Assembly (NCBI GenBank): GCA_009914755.4
Contig: CP086569.2
Span: 5,728,001 to 5,792,000, forward strand
Length of the DNA stretch: 64,000 nt
Direction: 5' to 3'
Source: the human T2T-CHM13v2.0 reference genome, Homo sapiens
Notes under the pieces: generated by a model
Databases searched by the model: none
What the model saw: only the letters and a program-made list of their open reading frames with translations
What the model was told of the DNA's origin: nothing
Made by a program: the position numbers and the translations under genes
Shown: positions 1 to 16,187 of the stretch, in pieces
Layout of the letters: each line of letters opens with the position of its first letter
Numbering within the stretch: the stretch's first letter is position 1

Positions 1-714
1 ATCACACTCCTTGATATTTACCCAAAGAGTTGGAAATGTGTATCCACACAAAAACCTGCCCATGGATGTTTATAAGTAGATTTGTTTATGATTACCAGAA
101 CTTAGATGCAACCAAGATGTTCTTCAGTAGATGGATGAATAAATAAACTGCCACACATGCATACATTGGAATATTGTCCAAGGCTAAAAATAAATGAGCT
201 ATCAAGCCATGAGAAGACATGGAGGAAACCTAAATGTGTAATACTAAGTGAAAGAGGCCAACCTGAAAAGGCTACATATTCTATGATTCCCACATATTTT
301 ATGATTCTAAATATGGAAAAGGCAATACTACTGAGATGGTAAAAATATTAGTGGTTTCAAGGAGTTAGAGGGCAGGGAGGGATCAATAGGTAGAGCACAG
401 ATAATTTTTAGGGCAGTAAAACTACTCACTCAATGTAATACTATGATGGTGGAACCATGTCATAATAAATTTGCCCAAACCCATAGAATTCCCACCACCA
501 ACAGTTGACCCTAATTTAAACTATGTACTCTGGTGATAATGATGTTTTAATGTAAGTTCATCAATTGTAACAAATGTACCACTGTGATGGGGGATATTGA
601 TAATGGTAGAGAGAGTGCATATATGGTACACAGAGTATATGGGAACTCTCTGTACCTTCCACTTAATTTTGCGATGAACCTAAAACTCTAAAAAATATAG
701 TCTATTGGTAAAGC
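1..714 (+). mobile_element. L1 3' end (ORF2 C-terminus and 3'UTR), old mammalian L1M-type (L1MA/MB/MC-like); 5' part lies outside the window
   Basis: Close match to the L1M 3'-terminal consensus as I recall it (…gataaagaaaatgtggtacatatac…, gccaggggctggggg-like block, terminal aaaaaatatag). No poly-A is retained. Confidence 0.65.
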
Positions 715-747
715 TTTCAATTGTATTTTGAAATTACTTCATTAGTT

Positions 748-892
748 TTTTCAATTCCAGATGCTCTGATGAATTCCTTTTTAAAGTGTCTATCTTTTCC
801 TTCATTTCCTTCATTTCCCTGATTGCTTTAGAACTTTTTTGTGTTGATTTTCAAACTTCTCCTGGATCTTATTGAGTCTCTAGCAATCTAAG
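748..892 (-). mobile_element. Possible inverted L1 ORF1-like fragment abutting the plus-strand L1 (twin-priming-type inversion candidate)
   Basis: The reverse complement reads …IREMKEMKEKIDTLKRNSSE…, which resembles the L1 ORF1 coiled-coil region. It lies directly 5' of the plus-strand L1 ORF2 segment. Confidence 0.3.
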
Positions 893-2895
<2,003 letters not shown>

Positions 2896-3074
2896 ACAAA
2901 AATCAAAGATGACATTTTAAGTTTTAAAATGTTGAGTTTATTAATTATTCAGGTATGAGGAGTTAAAAATGGTTTCCAAAGCTCAAATTATAAGAAGGGC
3001 TTGATATACAATTTGGGGTCAATTTTATAGGTATAACTGAAGCACTCTAGCAGTGAATGGAATAAACACAGGAA

Positions 3075-3260
3075 AAGAAAGAAAAAGTAAAGAGGGGCAA
3101 AGTGAGAAAAGGGTAAAGTTGAGAGAGTATTTAAATTTATGAAGTCGAAGACCATGGAGAAGAAGACACAGACAAAGATCAGTAAAATTGTTAAGAAAAC
3201 TAATAGGATGATGAAGACTCAGACAAACAAGAGAAAAATTTTACAAGAAAAGGTCAGACA
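3075..3260. repeat. Purine-rich (GA/A-rich) low-complexity tract
   Basis: Direct inspection: gaaaagaaagaaaaagtaaagaggggcaaagtgagaaaagggtaaag… This tract is the source of the K/E-rich ORF at 3139-3456. Confidence 0.6.
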
Positions 3261-5819
3261 ACAGTATGAATGGCTGCAGAGAGCATGGGCTTTTTTTTTT
3301 CTTTATATTTTGGAAGCCCTTGAGTTTTCAGAGCTTCTATCCACATACAAGAATCTCTTCTGGAGACCTGATCAAGCCTACTTTAAACTGGGTTTCTATT
3401 TCAATGAAGTTCACTACCAAGACGTTTTTATCTCCCCTGAGGGTTACAGCAACTAGCAAAGTTCTCCTGGGTAGATGTGACCATGATCTATATCTGCTTA
3501 CAAAAATGAGGAGGAAATACAGCCATCCTTGTACTATTTGGATTATAAAAATGCTGTGTTATGGTTTTACTGAAAGTGGCTCTCCAAGTTCAGAAAGATA
3601 ATTCATTCCTCCTCTTGGTCCTAGGGAATAGACTGCCACTAGAACTTAGAGAGTTATCAGAATAGATGACAGGTGCAAACATAAGTGTTAAGGGGAAAAG
3701 AATGCATTAAATCTCTTGTGAAAATAATCCAATGAAAAGTTCAATTATTCAGGATGAATTTTTTGAATTTCTCCTTCCGTAGTTGGGCATTAGAGCAGGA
3801 ATGGATAAAATCAGAAAAGATAGTCGGTATAGGAAATTCTTAGTATAAGCTAATTCATTACAATTTCAGGGGCCTTTAACACCTCACTAACAGCTTGCCT
3901 GAAGGTTAGCATTTACTGTTTTGAACTGCCAACATCTTGCTTTTATGGGAAACATTTATATGCTAAATTGTCTATTATGTTAAGCTGTAAGTTGTCATTT
4001 AGCAGCATCAGAAATAAGATTTGACTATAAGTAGTTCTATTTTATTAGTGCTATGCCAGACTTCCTAACAGCTCAAAATTCCTAAAGGCTGAAATTGATT
4101 GCATCTTTTTCAGAAGGTGCTTGTCTAAAGGAATTTGTTATAAATAATACTACATTTGCATAGATTTGAAGTTTTCAGAACTGGGTCATCAGGAAAAGTG
4201 AAAAAAAATATTTTATTTGATCTTACCCTTAAGCAAATAATGTGACATATTTAAGCAATTATATCAAAAAAATAAAAGTACAATCAACTAATGACTATTC
4301 TTTTCTTAATGATTTGAGAGTCAATTAGCAGGAAACTCCAGGGAAATGGATGTTGAGTAATAATGTGGTATTAAAAACATTCTCACATATACAGAGAGTT
4401 GCCAGGCATTCCTATGGTTCATTAGAGTTCACAACTCTATTGACCATTATATAATATAAAAAACTTAACAAAGAAAATTCAATATGTCAAATCTCAATTT
4501 GATGTAGAAAGGTAGAAAGAATATTGCTTAAATGCATACATTGAAAAGCAAATTGAGAAATTCTAGTCAGAAATATAATTTCCACACATGGTAGATAGAA
4601 TAGGTTAAAAATATGTTCCACTTAGGAAACACTATGCCACCCACCATTTTTCCACACTTCTTTCAGAATCTTTTTCTTCTATACTTAAAATGTATTGGCT
4701 TTAAAATACAAGGTGAACATAACATTTATAAATCAAGCCATAGCATTTTAACTAACATTTTGCATTTATGCATCATTGTATAAAGAATTTCATTGCCTTG
4801 AAGATCTTTTTTTTCCCTTCTATCAAAACCTTTGTATAGATTTTTCCCCCTTACTATTGAAAGCATTAGCTATATAAGAAAAACTAAATAAAGTAAAACA
4901 AATATTTATTGAGCACATAATATGTATCATATACTAGGTTAGCTTCTATTGGGCAGATTGCTCACCACTCTATCATTTGTTTTGTCCCTTTCCATTTGGT
5001 CATAGCTATTTAATATAGATTGGATTAACCCTATACCCAGTAACAACAGTGGGAACTTATTTTTTCAAGTAATTTATTTTGCCAATATTACTTGTTCAGT
5101 GTGGGTACATAGAAAGTGTCTTTGCAAAGATTTTAACAGTGAAAAAATTATGGCAGTGAAAGAAGGTCTGGACTATCCAACTCCATCTGGCCTCCAACCT
5201 CCAAACTTCCTTTGTTCATACCTGGGTGTAGGCCGACTTAAGTTTGGGAGGAATTTAGTTTATAGTTTAACTTTAAAACAAATATAACTGTCCTTACCCA
5301 AAACACATGCCCTCCTTACTTGGGGACAAAACTGCCTTTATAAAACCAACAAATTAGCCAGAAGACTAGAAATTATGGCTCAGGAGTCATGCAGCCAGAG
5401 GCCACAAGATTCCTAACCTCACGATTGATCCTATAGATAACATTACTATTATAAAATCTAAGATTTGTGTTTAAGGTAGTTTTCAGATCTTGCATTTTGT
5501 TGGATAAGTTGGTGTCACTCAGAATGGTAAACTGGCTCATTTGTTGTTTTGTTTTATGCTCCCCACCCTCAGGAACCAACTCAATGCAAGAGGACAGCTT
5601 CAACACCCTATGATTTCATCCCCAACCCAACCAATCAGGATTCCCCATTTTCTAGCCCCCTGCCCACCAAACTTTGAATTTTGGGGGAGGATTATTTGAG
5701 TAATAATAAAACTCTGGTCTCTCAGCTAGCTCAACTCTTTCTCTATTGCAATTTCCCTTTCTTGGTTATCAGCTTTATCTGAGCAGTGGGGAAGGTAAGC
5801 CCATTGGGTGATTACAGTA

Positions 5820-6198
5820 TGTATTGGTTCATTTTCATACTGCTATAAAGAACTGCCTGAGACTAAGTAATTTATGAAGCAAAGAGGTTTAATTGACTAA
5901 CAGTTCAGCATGGCTGGGGAAGCCTCAGGAAACTTACAATCATGGCGGGAGGTGAAGGAGAAGCAAGGCAACTTCTTCACAAGGCAGTAGGAAGGAGAAG
6001 TGCTGAGCGAAGAGGGAAGAGCCCCTCATAAAACCATCAGATCTCATAAGAACTCACTCACTATCACAAGAACAGCATGGGGGAAACTGCCCCTGTGATT
6101 CAATTACCTCCACCTGGTTTCACCCTTGACATGTGGGGATTATGGAGATTATAATTCGAGATATGATTCAGGTGAGGCACAAAGCCTAACCATATCAC
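5820..6198 (-). mobile_element. MaLR solo LTR (THE1/MST-like)
   Basis: Reverse complement of the THE1/MST LTR consensus: tgtattggttc…ctgctataaagaactgcctgagact…taatttat…ggtttaattgactaacagttc…ggctgggga…cctcaggaaacttacaatcatggcgggaggtgaagg…ccatatca. Confidence 0.75.
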
Positions 6199-8653
6199 AG
6201 CGTGACTGAGAAAATCTAATCATAAGACTTTTTGTTCATTATTTGGAGGAGAGGTGCCCTCATCTTTCATAAGAAAGCATGTAGACCTGGGGGCTGCTGT
6301 CTGACACCTCACTGCAATGAGAGTAGTCAGCCTGAGAATAAAGCCCACATGAGAGAAGGGAAGAGCCAAGAGAATTAAGAAAAACCTAGCTACAATCCTG
6401 GTAGTATCACACATCTCTGGATTCAACCAACCGTGCATCCCGTCCTAACTCTAAACCCATATATAATAATTACTTTTAAAATAATTTTGAATTGCCCTTT
6501 TATGACTTGTAAACCAAAGAAACTACCCTTCTCTTTGCGTCTCAGTCTTTCATTTGCTATTAATCTAACAGTATTTTAATGCCATTTCATGTATCTTTAG
6601 ATAATATTAATAGAAAGACAACAGTATTTTCAAGAAACACAAATAGAGAGAATCACCTGGTAGCAGTTATAGAATATTAGAAAAATTTCCTCGTTAACCT
6701 GAAAATTATAAAGTTAAAGAATTAGAATATTATCTGATTACAAAACTTACTTATGGAATCATGCACCCAGAAAGTTGCCAAGTGAGATTCCTGAAAGAAC
6801 TGCTATATCAGACACATACAATGATAGAGACATTGGATAATAGAATTGCAGAGATTCAAAGACATGACACCTGAGCATCCTTGCTCTTTTTCCTTTGTTC
6901 CAGTAATATCTGGTCTTATTTCTCCTCTAGCACTTACCCCATTTAGTTGTTTTTCCTCCACTGATCTATGAGCTCCTCAAGGTAAAGTCCGTCATATTTT
7001 GTTTTATGTTTTCAACTGTGACCACAATATATTGCACGTGGTAGACCCGTGGAAGTATTTTTGAATGGTTAAATGAATGAAGGTGCATTAACAGAGTCAT
7101 GTGAACATTCAGAGAAGTGAGAACTCCCAAGTACTAAATTGAACCTAGAAAGCATCCTATTTCTCATCATCACTCAGTACAGAGCATATAAAAAAACTAG
7201 TTTGAGCAACCTATTTTGGAAAAGTTTTATAAACAAATCTTTAATTGCTCACTAATAGGCCCAGGGGTTAAACATCTAAGAACCATATATTATTTTTAAA
7301 AGATAATTCTTGTTTCCTTTCAAAATACACTTATTTATATCATAGAAATAGAAATACATAACAGACAATTTGAGAAACACAAACAAGTCACTCATAATAA
7401 AATCACCCAAACATAGCCACTGATATTATGGAAATCATAGTGCACTTGTGCTTTTATAGGCTGTTTTTTTTTCTAATTTTATTTTGTATAATAAGCACTA
7501 TTCTGTTTTGCAATATAGCCTACAAAACTGTGTTTTTAATAATTAAAAATAGTATGTCCAGTGAATGTACAAAAAAAATTTATGTAGTGATACTCTATGT
7601 TGTTAAAGACTCAAATGCTTTCCAATTGGTCTTACTATAAATAATACTGTGATGAACAACCTCATCCATATGATAGTTTGATAAATAATGTCATAGGTTG
7701 TACTGTCAGATTGGAAGTATTAAGCATTCTAGGATTCCAAATATACATAGTTCCAAAATATTTCTAATAATTTACAATGATGTCAGCAATGTATAAGTGC
7801 ACCTGCTTTGCCACATTTCAGTAATGCAAATAAACATTTTCAAATATATGCTAATGTAATTGGTGAAAAGTAAAGACACTACATTATCATTTTAATTAAC
7901 TTTTTTCTAGTAGAGTTATTTTTTTCCATATATTTTCTCTTTACTGAATTATCTTTAGCTTTTGTAGCAGCCTTTGTTGACAGCCTGGAAATACCTTTTC
8001 ACAGCTACTGCCTGTGCTGCTAACAACTCTTATTTATAACCCTAACTGGAAGATTGTCTTTGAAAGATTGGAGCCAACTCCAGCAGAAGTGACTGAGTTG
8101 TGTCTTCCACCCAGATCAGCACTTAATTAGTGGAACAGGAGAACAAAACTCACTCCCTTGCCTCAAAAGATGATGGGGCCAAATGTGAGGTAAAATTTGC
8201 ATTTCAGATTTCCCTGTGGGATCAGACTGAGGCTGGACTTCATCTGGAAAACACATCTTTGCATAGCCTCTTTTATTTCCCTATCCTGCCTCCCTCAATT
8301 CCTTATAGGTATCCCCTAAAAGCAGTCCTTAAAAAATAATCTCCCATTCCAGCATATGCTTTTAGGGAGCCCAACCTAAATATATATACTTTACATATTT
8401 ATGTAGTATGAGTTTAGTGTATATTTTTTAGGTCTTAATTTGTTTTTAATCTCCATTCCAGAATTTGGTAAATAGAGTTTTGTTTTCATACAGTATTTTA
8501 ATAGGAAAGCAGATCTATATGATTCTCTTAACACTTTTGGAATATAAATACTCTTTTTATTATTTTTTGTTTAAAAATATGAGATTTAATATGGGAAAAT
8601 ACAAAGATTTTAGAAGGATTGGAGAGTCTCATTGTAAATTTGTTATTCCACCA

Positions 8654-8672
8654 CCACACACACACACACACA
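8654..8672. repeat. (CA)n microsatellite followed by an A10 run
   Basis: cacacacacacacacaca, then aaaaaaaaaa. Confidence 0.8.
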
Positions 8673-8795
8673 GAAAAAAAAAACAATAAAAACTTTCTTA
8701 CCCTGAAGCATTGTACAGCATAGTAAATAACATCTAATCACTCATCTGTTCAGGCCAAAATCTTCAAAGTCATTCTTGCTGCCTTTCTGTAACAT

Positions 8796-11185
8796 TGTAT
8801 TAGTCCGTTCTCTCATTGCTATAAAAAATGAAACTGGGTAATTTATGAAGAAAAGAGGTTTAATTGGCTCACGGTTCTGCAGGCAGGAAGCATGGCTTGG
8901 AAGGCCCCCAGAAACTTACCATCATGGTGGAAGGTGAAGATGAAAGAGGTACATCATACATTGTCAAAGCAGGAGGAGGGGGTAGGACAGGGATATACTT
9001 CTTTAAACAGACAGATATTGTGAAAACTCTCTCACTATAAAAAAAAATAAACAGCAAGGGGCATATCCACCCCCATGATCCAATCACCTTTCACTCAGCC
9101 CCTCCTTCAACATTATGATTAAAATTTGACATGAGATTTGGACAGGAACACAGGCACAAACCCTATCATTCCACCCCTGGTTCTCCCCAAATCTTATGTC
9201 CTTCTCACATTTCAAAACACAATTATGCCTTCCCAACAGTCCCCCAAAGTCTTAACTTATTCCAGCATTAACTCAAATGTCCAAAGTCTAAAGTCTTATC
9301 TGAGACAAAGCAAGTCCCTTCAGCCTATGAGCCTCTAAAATCAAAAGCAACTTAGCTACTTCCTAGATACAATGGGGGTACAGGTATTGGGTAAATACAC
9401 CTATTCCAAAAGGGACAAATTGGCCAAAACAAAGGGGCTACAGGTTCCATGCAAGTCTGAAACCCAGCAGGGCAATCATCAAATCTTAAAACTCCAAAAT
9501 GATCTCCTTTAACTCCATGTCTCACATCCAGGACACACTAATTCAAGGCATGGGCTCTCAAAGCCTTGGACATCTCCACTTCTGTGGCTCTTCAGGGTAA
9601 AGCCACTTTGGTTGGTTTCTTGGGCTGGCATTGAGTGTCTGTGGCTTTTTCAGGTGCACAGTGCAAGCTGTTGGCAGTTCTACCATTCTGAGGTCTGGAA
9701 GATGGTTGCCCTCTTCTCATAGCTCCACTAGGCAGTGCTCCAGTGGGGACTCTATGTGTGGGCTCCAATCCCACATTTCCTCTTCACACTGCTCTAGTAG
9801 AGGTTCTCCATGAGGGCTCTGCCCCTGCAGCAGACTTCTGCCTGGACATCCAGGCATTTCTATACATCCTCTGAAATCTAGGCAGTGGCTTCCAAGCCTT
9901 AACTTTTGCCCTCTGTGCACCCACAGGTTTAACATCACGTGAAAGCCATCAAGGCTTATGGCTTGCACCCTCTAAAGCAGTGGCTTGGATGTACCTGGAG
10001 CCCTTTGAGCCACAGCTGGAGCTGAAGGAACTGGGATAGAGGCAGCAGTGCCCCAAGGTTGTGCAATGCAGAAGAGCATTGGGCCTGGCCCACAAAACCA
10101 ATGTTTCCTCTTAGGCCTTTGCGCCTGAGATGGCAGGGGCTGCCAGGAAGGTTTCTGAAGTTCCTTCAAGGTATTTTCCCCATTGTCTTTGCTATTATTA
10201 TTCAGCTCCTCTTTACTTATGTAAATTTCCCTAGCAGGCTTAAATTATTCCCCAGAAAATGAATTTCCCTCTCTGACAATTTGTTCAAACTGCAAATTTT
10301 CCAAACTTTTATATTGTACCTCCCTTTTAAATATATGTTTCAGTTTCAGATCATTTCATTGCTAAGGCATATGAGCACATGTTGTTAGAAGCTGCCAGTC
10401 ACTTCTTGAACACTTTGCAGCTTGGAAATTTCTTTTGCCAGATACTATAAATCATCTCTGTCAACTTCAAAGTTCCACGGATACCTACAGCAGGGGCACG
10501 ATGCTTCCAGGCTCTTTGCTAAAGAATAGAAAGGATGACTTTTAGTCCAGTTCCCAATATAATCCTCGTCTTAATCTGAGACCACTTCAGCCTGGACTTG
10601 TTTGTCCATATCACTATCAGCATTTTGGTCACAACAATTTAATAAGTCTCAAGGAAGTTCCAAATTTTCCTCATTTTTCTATCTTCTTCTGAGCCCTCCA
10701 AACTGTTTCAACCTCTGCCCATTACTAGGTTCCAAAGTGGCCTCTGCATTTTCAGGTATCTTTATAGGAATGCCTGACTTTCTGCCTCTGATTTTCTGTA
10801 TTGAGCAATGTGAGTCCATTCTTGCTTTGCTATAAGAAACTGAGACCAGGTAATTTATAAAGAAAAGAGATTTAATTGGCTTATGGTTCTTTAGGCTGTA
10901 TAGGAAGCATGGCTCGGGATGCCTCCGGGAACTTAAAATCATGGCAGAAGGTGAAGATGAAGGAGACATGTCTTACATGGCCAAAGCGGGAGAAAGAGGG
11001 AGCAGGAGGAAGTGCTACAAACTTTTAAACAACCAGATCTCATGAGAACTCACTCACTGTCATGAGAACAGCAAGGAGAAAAGAGACTCCAATGATTCAA
11101 TCATCTCCCACTAGGCCCCTCTACCAACTTTAGGATTACAAATCTACATGAGATTTGGGTGGAGACCTAGACCCAAACCATATCA
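8796..11185 (-). mobile_element. Full-length THE1-class MaLR retrotransposon: 3' LTR 8796-9168, internal region 9169-10796, 5' LTR 10797-11185
   Basis: Two same-orientation LTRs of ~375-390 bp each (tgtatt…ccatatca, reverse complement of the THE1 LTR). They flank ~1.6 kb whose reverse complement matches THE1-int/MST-int (…ctttggaactgggtaatgggcagag-like start, …gtttggccaatttgtcccttttgg…, …tggaatgatagggtttgtgcc…). Confidence 0.8.
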
Positions 11186-14100
11186 CACACCTAATATCAA
11201 ATCCATCAGCCACTATTTCTAGCATCTGTTAACCATCTTTCTACCCTCTCTGCCCATGAGTTCAATTATTTTTATTTTTAAATCCCACAAATAAGTGAGA
11301 ACATGAGATGATTTTCTTTCCATGCCTGTCTTACTCAACATAATTATCTCTAGATCCATCCATGTTCTCACAAATGCCTGAATCTCATTTTTTATGCACC
11401 ATTTTTTATAAGTTCCCCATTTTACTATCCATTAATCTTTTGATGGCACTTAGGTTGCTTCCAAATCTTGGCTATTGTGAACGGTACTGCAACAAACATG
11501 TGAATGCAGATATCTCTTTTACATATTGATTTTCCTTATTTTTGGATGTATGCCCAGCAGTAAGATTGCTGGATCATATGGTAGCTCTATTTTTAGTTTT
11601 TTTGTGGAACCTCCATGCTGTTTCTTTATAGTGGCTGTGGTAATTTACATTCCAATCAACAGTGTATGAGGATTCTCTTTTCTCCACATCCTTGCCAGCA
11701 TTTGTTACTGCCTGTCTTTTGAATATAAGCCATTTTACCTGGGGCGAAATGATACCTCATTGTAGTTTTCATTTGCATTTTTCTGATGATCAGTGATGGT
11801 GAGCACGTTTTCATATGCCTGCATGCCATTTGTATGTCTTCTTTTGAGAAATGTCTATTTAAATCTTTTACTCATTTTTGATTGAATTATTATATATTTT
11901 CCTATAAAGCTGTTTGAGTTCCTTTTATATATATGTATGTATATATACAGTATAAAACCAGTATATATATATACTGGTTATGAATCCATTGCCAGTTGGG
12001 GAGTTTGCAAATATTTTTTCCCTTTCTATGGGTTGTCTCTTCACTTTGTTGATTATTTCCTTTGCTATGCAGAAGGTTTTTAACTTGAGGTCATCCAATT
12101 TGTCTACACTTGCTTTGGTTGCTGGTGTTTGTGGTGTATTACTCAGTAAATCTTTGCACAGACTAATGTGTTGGAGAATTTTTCCAAAGTTTTCTTGTAG
12201 TAGTTTCAAAGTTTGAGATCTTAAAGTATTTAATCTATTTTAATTTTATTTTTGTATACCATGAGAGATGGGGTTCAAGTTTCCTTCTTCTCCATATGGA
12301 TGTCCAATTTTCCCAGCACATTTATTGAAGAGAGTATCTTTTCTCTAGCACATGGTCTTGGCACCTTTGTAAAAAATTAGTTTACTGCAGGTTTGTAGAT
12401 TTGTTTCTGGGTTATCTATTCTGTTCCATTGATCTATGTGTCTGTTTTTATGCCAGTACCATTCTGTTTTGGTTACTATAAGCTCTGTAGTATAATTTGA
12501 AATCAGGCAATTTGATTCCTCTAGTTTGTTGTTGATGTTGTTTTTTACTTACTTAGCTGTGACTATTCTGAATATTTTGTGACTGCATATAAATTTTAGG
12601 ATGGTGTTTTCTTTTTCTTGAAGAATGTATTTGGTATTTTGATAGGGGTTGCTTTAAATCTGTAGATGTTTTTGGATAGCATGGACATTTTAATAAAATT
12701 GATTCTTCCAATCCAGGAAAATGGAATATTTTTTCATGTCTTTGGTTTCCTATTCAATTTCTTTCATCGGTGTTTTATAGTTTTCATTATCATAGAGATC
12801 ATTCACATCTTCTGTTAATTCCTAGGTATTTAATTTTATTTGTGACTATTGTAATTGGGATTACTTTTTATTTTCTCTTTCACAATTTTTACCATTGGCA
12901 TATAAAAATGCTACTAATTTTTGTACATTGATTTTGTATCCTGAAACTTAACTGAATTTATTAGTTCTAATCATTGTTTTTGTGGAGTCTTTGGGTTTTT
13001 CCAAATATAAAATCATAACATCTGCAAACAAGAAAAAATTGACTTCATCCTTTGCAATTTCGATGTCCTTTATATCTTTCTCTTGTCTGATTGCTCTAGC
13101 TAGGGGTTCCAGTACTATGTTTAATAACAAAGGGTGAAAGTGGGTGTCTTTATTGTGTTTCCAATCTAAGAGGAAAGGCTTTCAGTTTTTCCCCATTCAG
13201 ACTTAAACCATATCAATTTTGAAGGAAAGGCTTTCAATTTTCTCCTACACAGACCCAAACCATATCATTAGTTATGGTTACAGAAGCATAACTATGGTTC
13301 TATAATATATGACTTTTATTGTGTTGATGTATGTTCCTTCTATCCCCAGTTTTTTGAGAGTTTTTATCATGAAGAGATGCTAAATTTTATCAAATGCTTT
13401 TTCAGTATCAATATTAATGCTAATACAGTTGTTGTCCATCTTTCTGTTCATATGACGTGTCACATTGATTGATTTGCTTGTGTTGAACCATTCTTGCATT
13501 CCAGGGATAAACTGGACTTGGTCATGATGAACTATCTTTTTAATGTATTGTTGAATTTGATTTGCTAGCATTTTGTTGAAGATATTTGCATCAATATTCA
13601 TCAGAGATATTGGCCTACAGTTTTCTTCTTTTATGTATCTTTGGTTTTTGTATCAGAGTAATACTGACCTTGTATAAGGAGTTTAGAAGTAGTTCTTCCT
13701 CTATTTTTCAGAATCATTTGAGTAGAATTGGTATTATTTTCTAAATGTTTGGTAGAATTCAGTAGTGAAGCCATTGAGTTCCAAGCTTTTCTTTACTAAG
13801 AGACTTCTTATTATGGCTTCTATCTTGTATCATGTCATTGGGCTGCTTAGATTTTTTATTTCTTTATGGTTCAATCTGAGTAGGTTTTATGTGTCTAGGA
13901 ATTAGTGCATTTCTTCTCGATTTCCCAATTCATTGGCATATAGTTGCTCATAGTAGCCACAAATTATCCTTTGAATTTCTGCAGTATCAGTTGTAATATC
14001 TTCTTTCTCATCTCTTATTTTATTCGAATCTTACCTTTTTGTCTTTGTCTGGCTAAAGGTTTGTCAATTTTGTTTAGCTTTTCCAAAAATCAGCTTCTTG

Positions 14101-14949
14101 TTTCATTCATGCTTTGTATTGTTTCCTTCATTTTAAATTCATTTATTTCTGCTTTAATCTTTATTATTTCCTTTCTTCCACTAATTTTGGGTTTGGTTTG
14201 GTTTGCTCTTGCTTTTCTAGTTTTTTAAGCTGCATCATTAGGTTATTTACTTAAAGTTTTTCTTCTTTTTTGATGTTTGCACTGATAGCTATGAACTGCC
14301 CTCCTAGTACTGCTTTTCCTGCATCCCATAAGGTTTGGTATGCTGTGTTTTCATTATCATTTGTTTCTAGAAATTTTTCTATTTTCTGCTTATTTTCTTC
14401 ATTGACCCACTGGTCATTCAGGGACATCTTTTTAAATGTCCATTTATTTGCCCAGTTTCTGAATTCTTCTTGGTATTAATTGCTAGTTTTATTTCATGTG
14501 GTCAGAGAAGATGCTTGATATTATTTTAATTTGTTTTGAAAGTTTTAAGACTTGCTTTGTGACCTAACATATGGTCTATTCTTCAGAATTATCTAAGTGC
14601 TGAGAAAAGAATGTATATTTTGCAGCTGTTAGATAAAACGTTTTGTAAATATGTATTCAATTTTGTAAATATTAATTGGTCTACAGTGCACGTTAAATCC
14701 AATGTTTCTTGGTTGACTTTCTGTTTGAAAGATCTGTCCAATACTGAAAGTGGGGCATTATGGTAATGAGGCCTATCTCTCACTTTAGCTCTAATAATAT
14801 TTGCATTATGTATCTGGGTGCTCCATTGTTGGGTGCATATATATTTACAATTGTTACATCCTCTTGCTGAATTGACCCCTTTTTCGTTATATAGTGAGCT
14901 TCTTTGTCGCTGCTTATAGTTTTTGTCTTGAAATCTATTTTGAATTTTT

Positions 14950-15088
14950 ACTATTTTTTTATTTTTAGTAGAGACAGGGTTTCTCACCTTGTTGCCCAGG
15001 CATGTCTCAAACTTCTGAGCTCAGACAATCTGCCCGCCTTGGCCTCGCAAAGTGTTAGGATTACAGGTGTGAGCCACCACATCCAGCC
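14950..15088 (-). mobile_element. Partial Alu / free left Alu monomer (FLAM-like) nested in the L1
   Basis: ttttagtagagacagggtttctcaccttgttgcccaggc…ggattacaggtgtgagccaccacatccagcc is the reverse complement of the Alu left monomer only. Confidence 0.6.
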
Positions 15089-15856
15089 ATTGAAATCTGT
15101 TTTGTCTTATATAAGTAGAGTGACTCCTGCTCTTTTTTCGTTTACATTTTCATGAGATATCTTTTTCCATCTCTTTAATTTCAATCTATGTGTGTATTTA
15201 TAGGTGAAGCATCCTTCTTGTAGGCAAAGTATTAATTGGCCTTGTTTCATAATTCATTCAGCCTGTCTATGTCTTTTGATTGGAGAGTTTATTTTATTTA
15301 CCCTAAATGCTATTATTGGTAAGGACCAATTTCTGCCACTTTTTGTTTTCTGTTTGTTTCCTGGTCTTCTCTTCCTTCTTTCATTTCTGTCTTCCTTTTG
15401 GTAAAATGATTTTCTCTGGTGGTAAGATTTTGTTTCTTGAATTTTATTTTATTTTTGTATCTCTTGTATAGTTTTTGGTTTGAGGTTACCAGGAGACTTG
15501 CAAATACTATCTTATAACCCATTATTTTAACCTAATAACTAGTTCATAAAAACAAAAAAGCAAAAATAAAACTAACAAAATGACTACATCTTAACTTTGT
15601 CCACCCATTTTTTTTAACTTTTTGTTGTTTCTATTTATAAATTATACAAACTTCATGTTTGTATATTGAAAAGTTGTTGTAGTTATTATTTTTCATTGGT
15701 TCATTGTTTAGTTTTCTACTTAGCAAAAGAGTAATTAAAACACCACAATTACTGTGTTATAATATTCTGTTTCTCTGTGTACTTACTATCATCAGAGAGT
15801 TTTGTACTTGCATGTGATTACTTATTGCTCATTAACATCCTTTTATTTTTGATTGA

Positions 15857-16187
<331 letters not shown>

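Noticed and set aside
3139-3601. Overlapping 105-aa and 111-aa ORFs on the plus strand, K/E/T-rich
   Set aside because: They derive from a purine-rich low-complexity tract at ~3075-3260. The composition-driven ORFs have no coding signature.
8796-11185. Expected 5-bp TSD for the full-length THE1 element
   Set aside because: The flanking pentamers (aacat and cacac) do not match. I therefore do not claim a TSD, and instead flag possible recombination or a boundary error.
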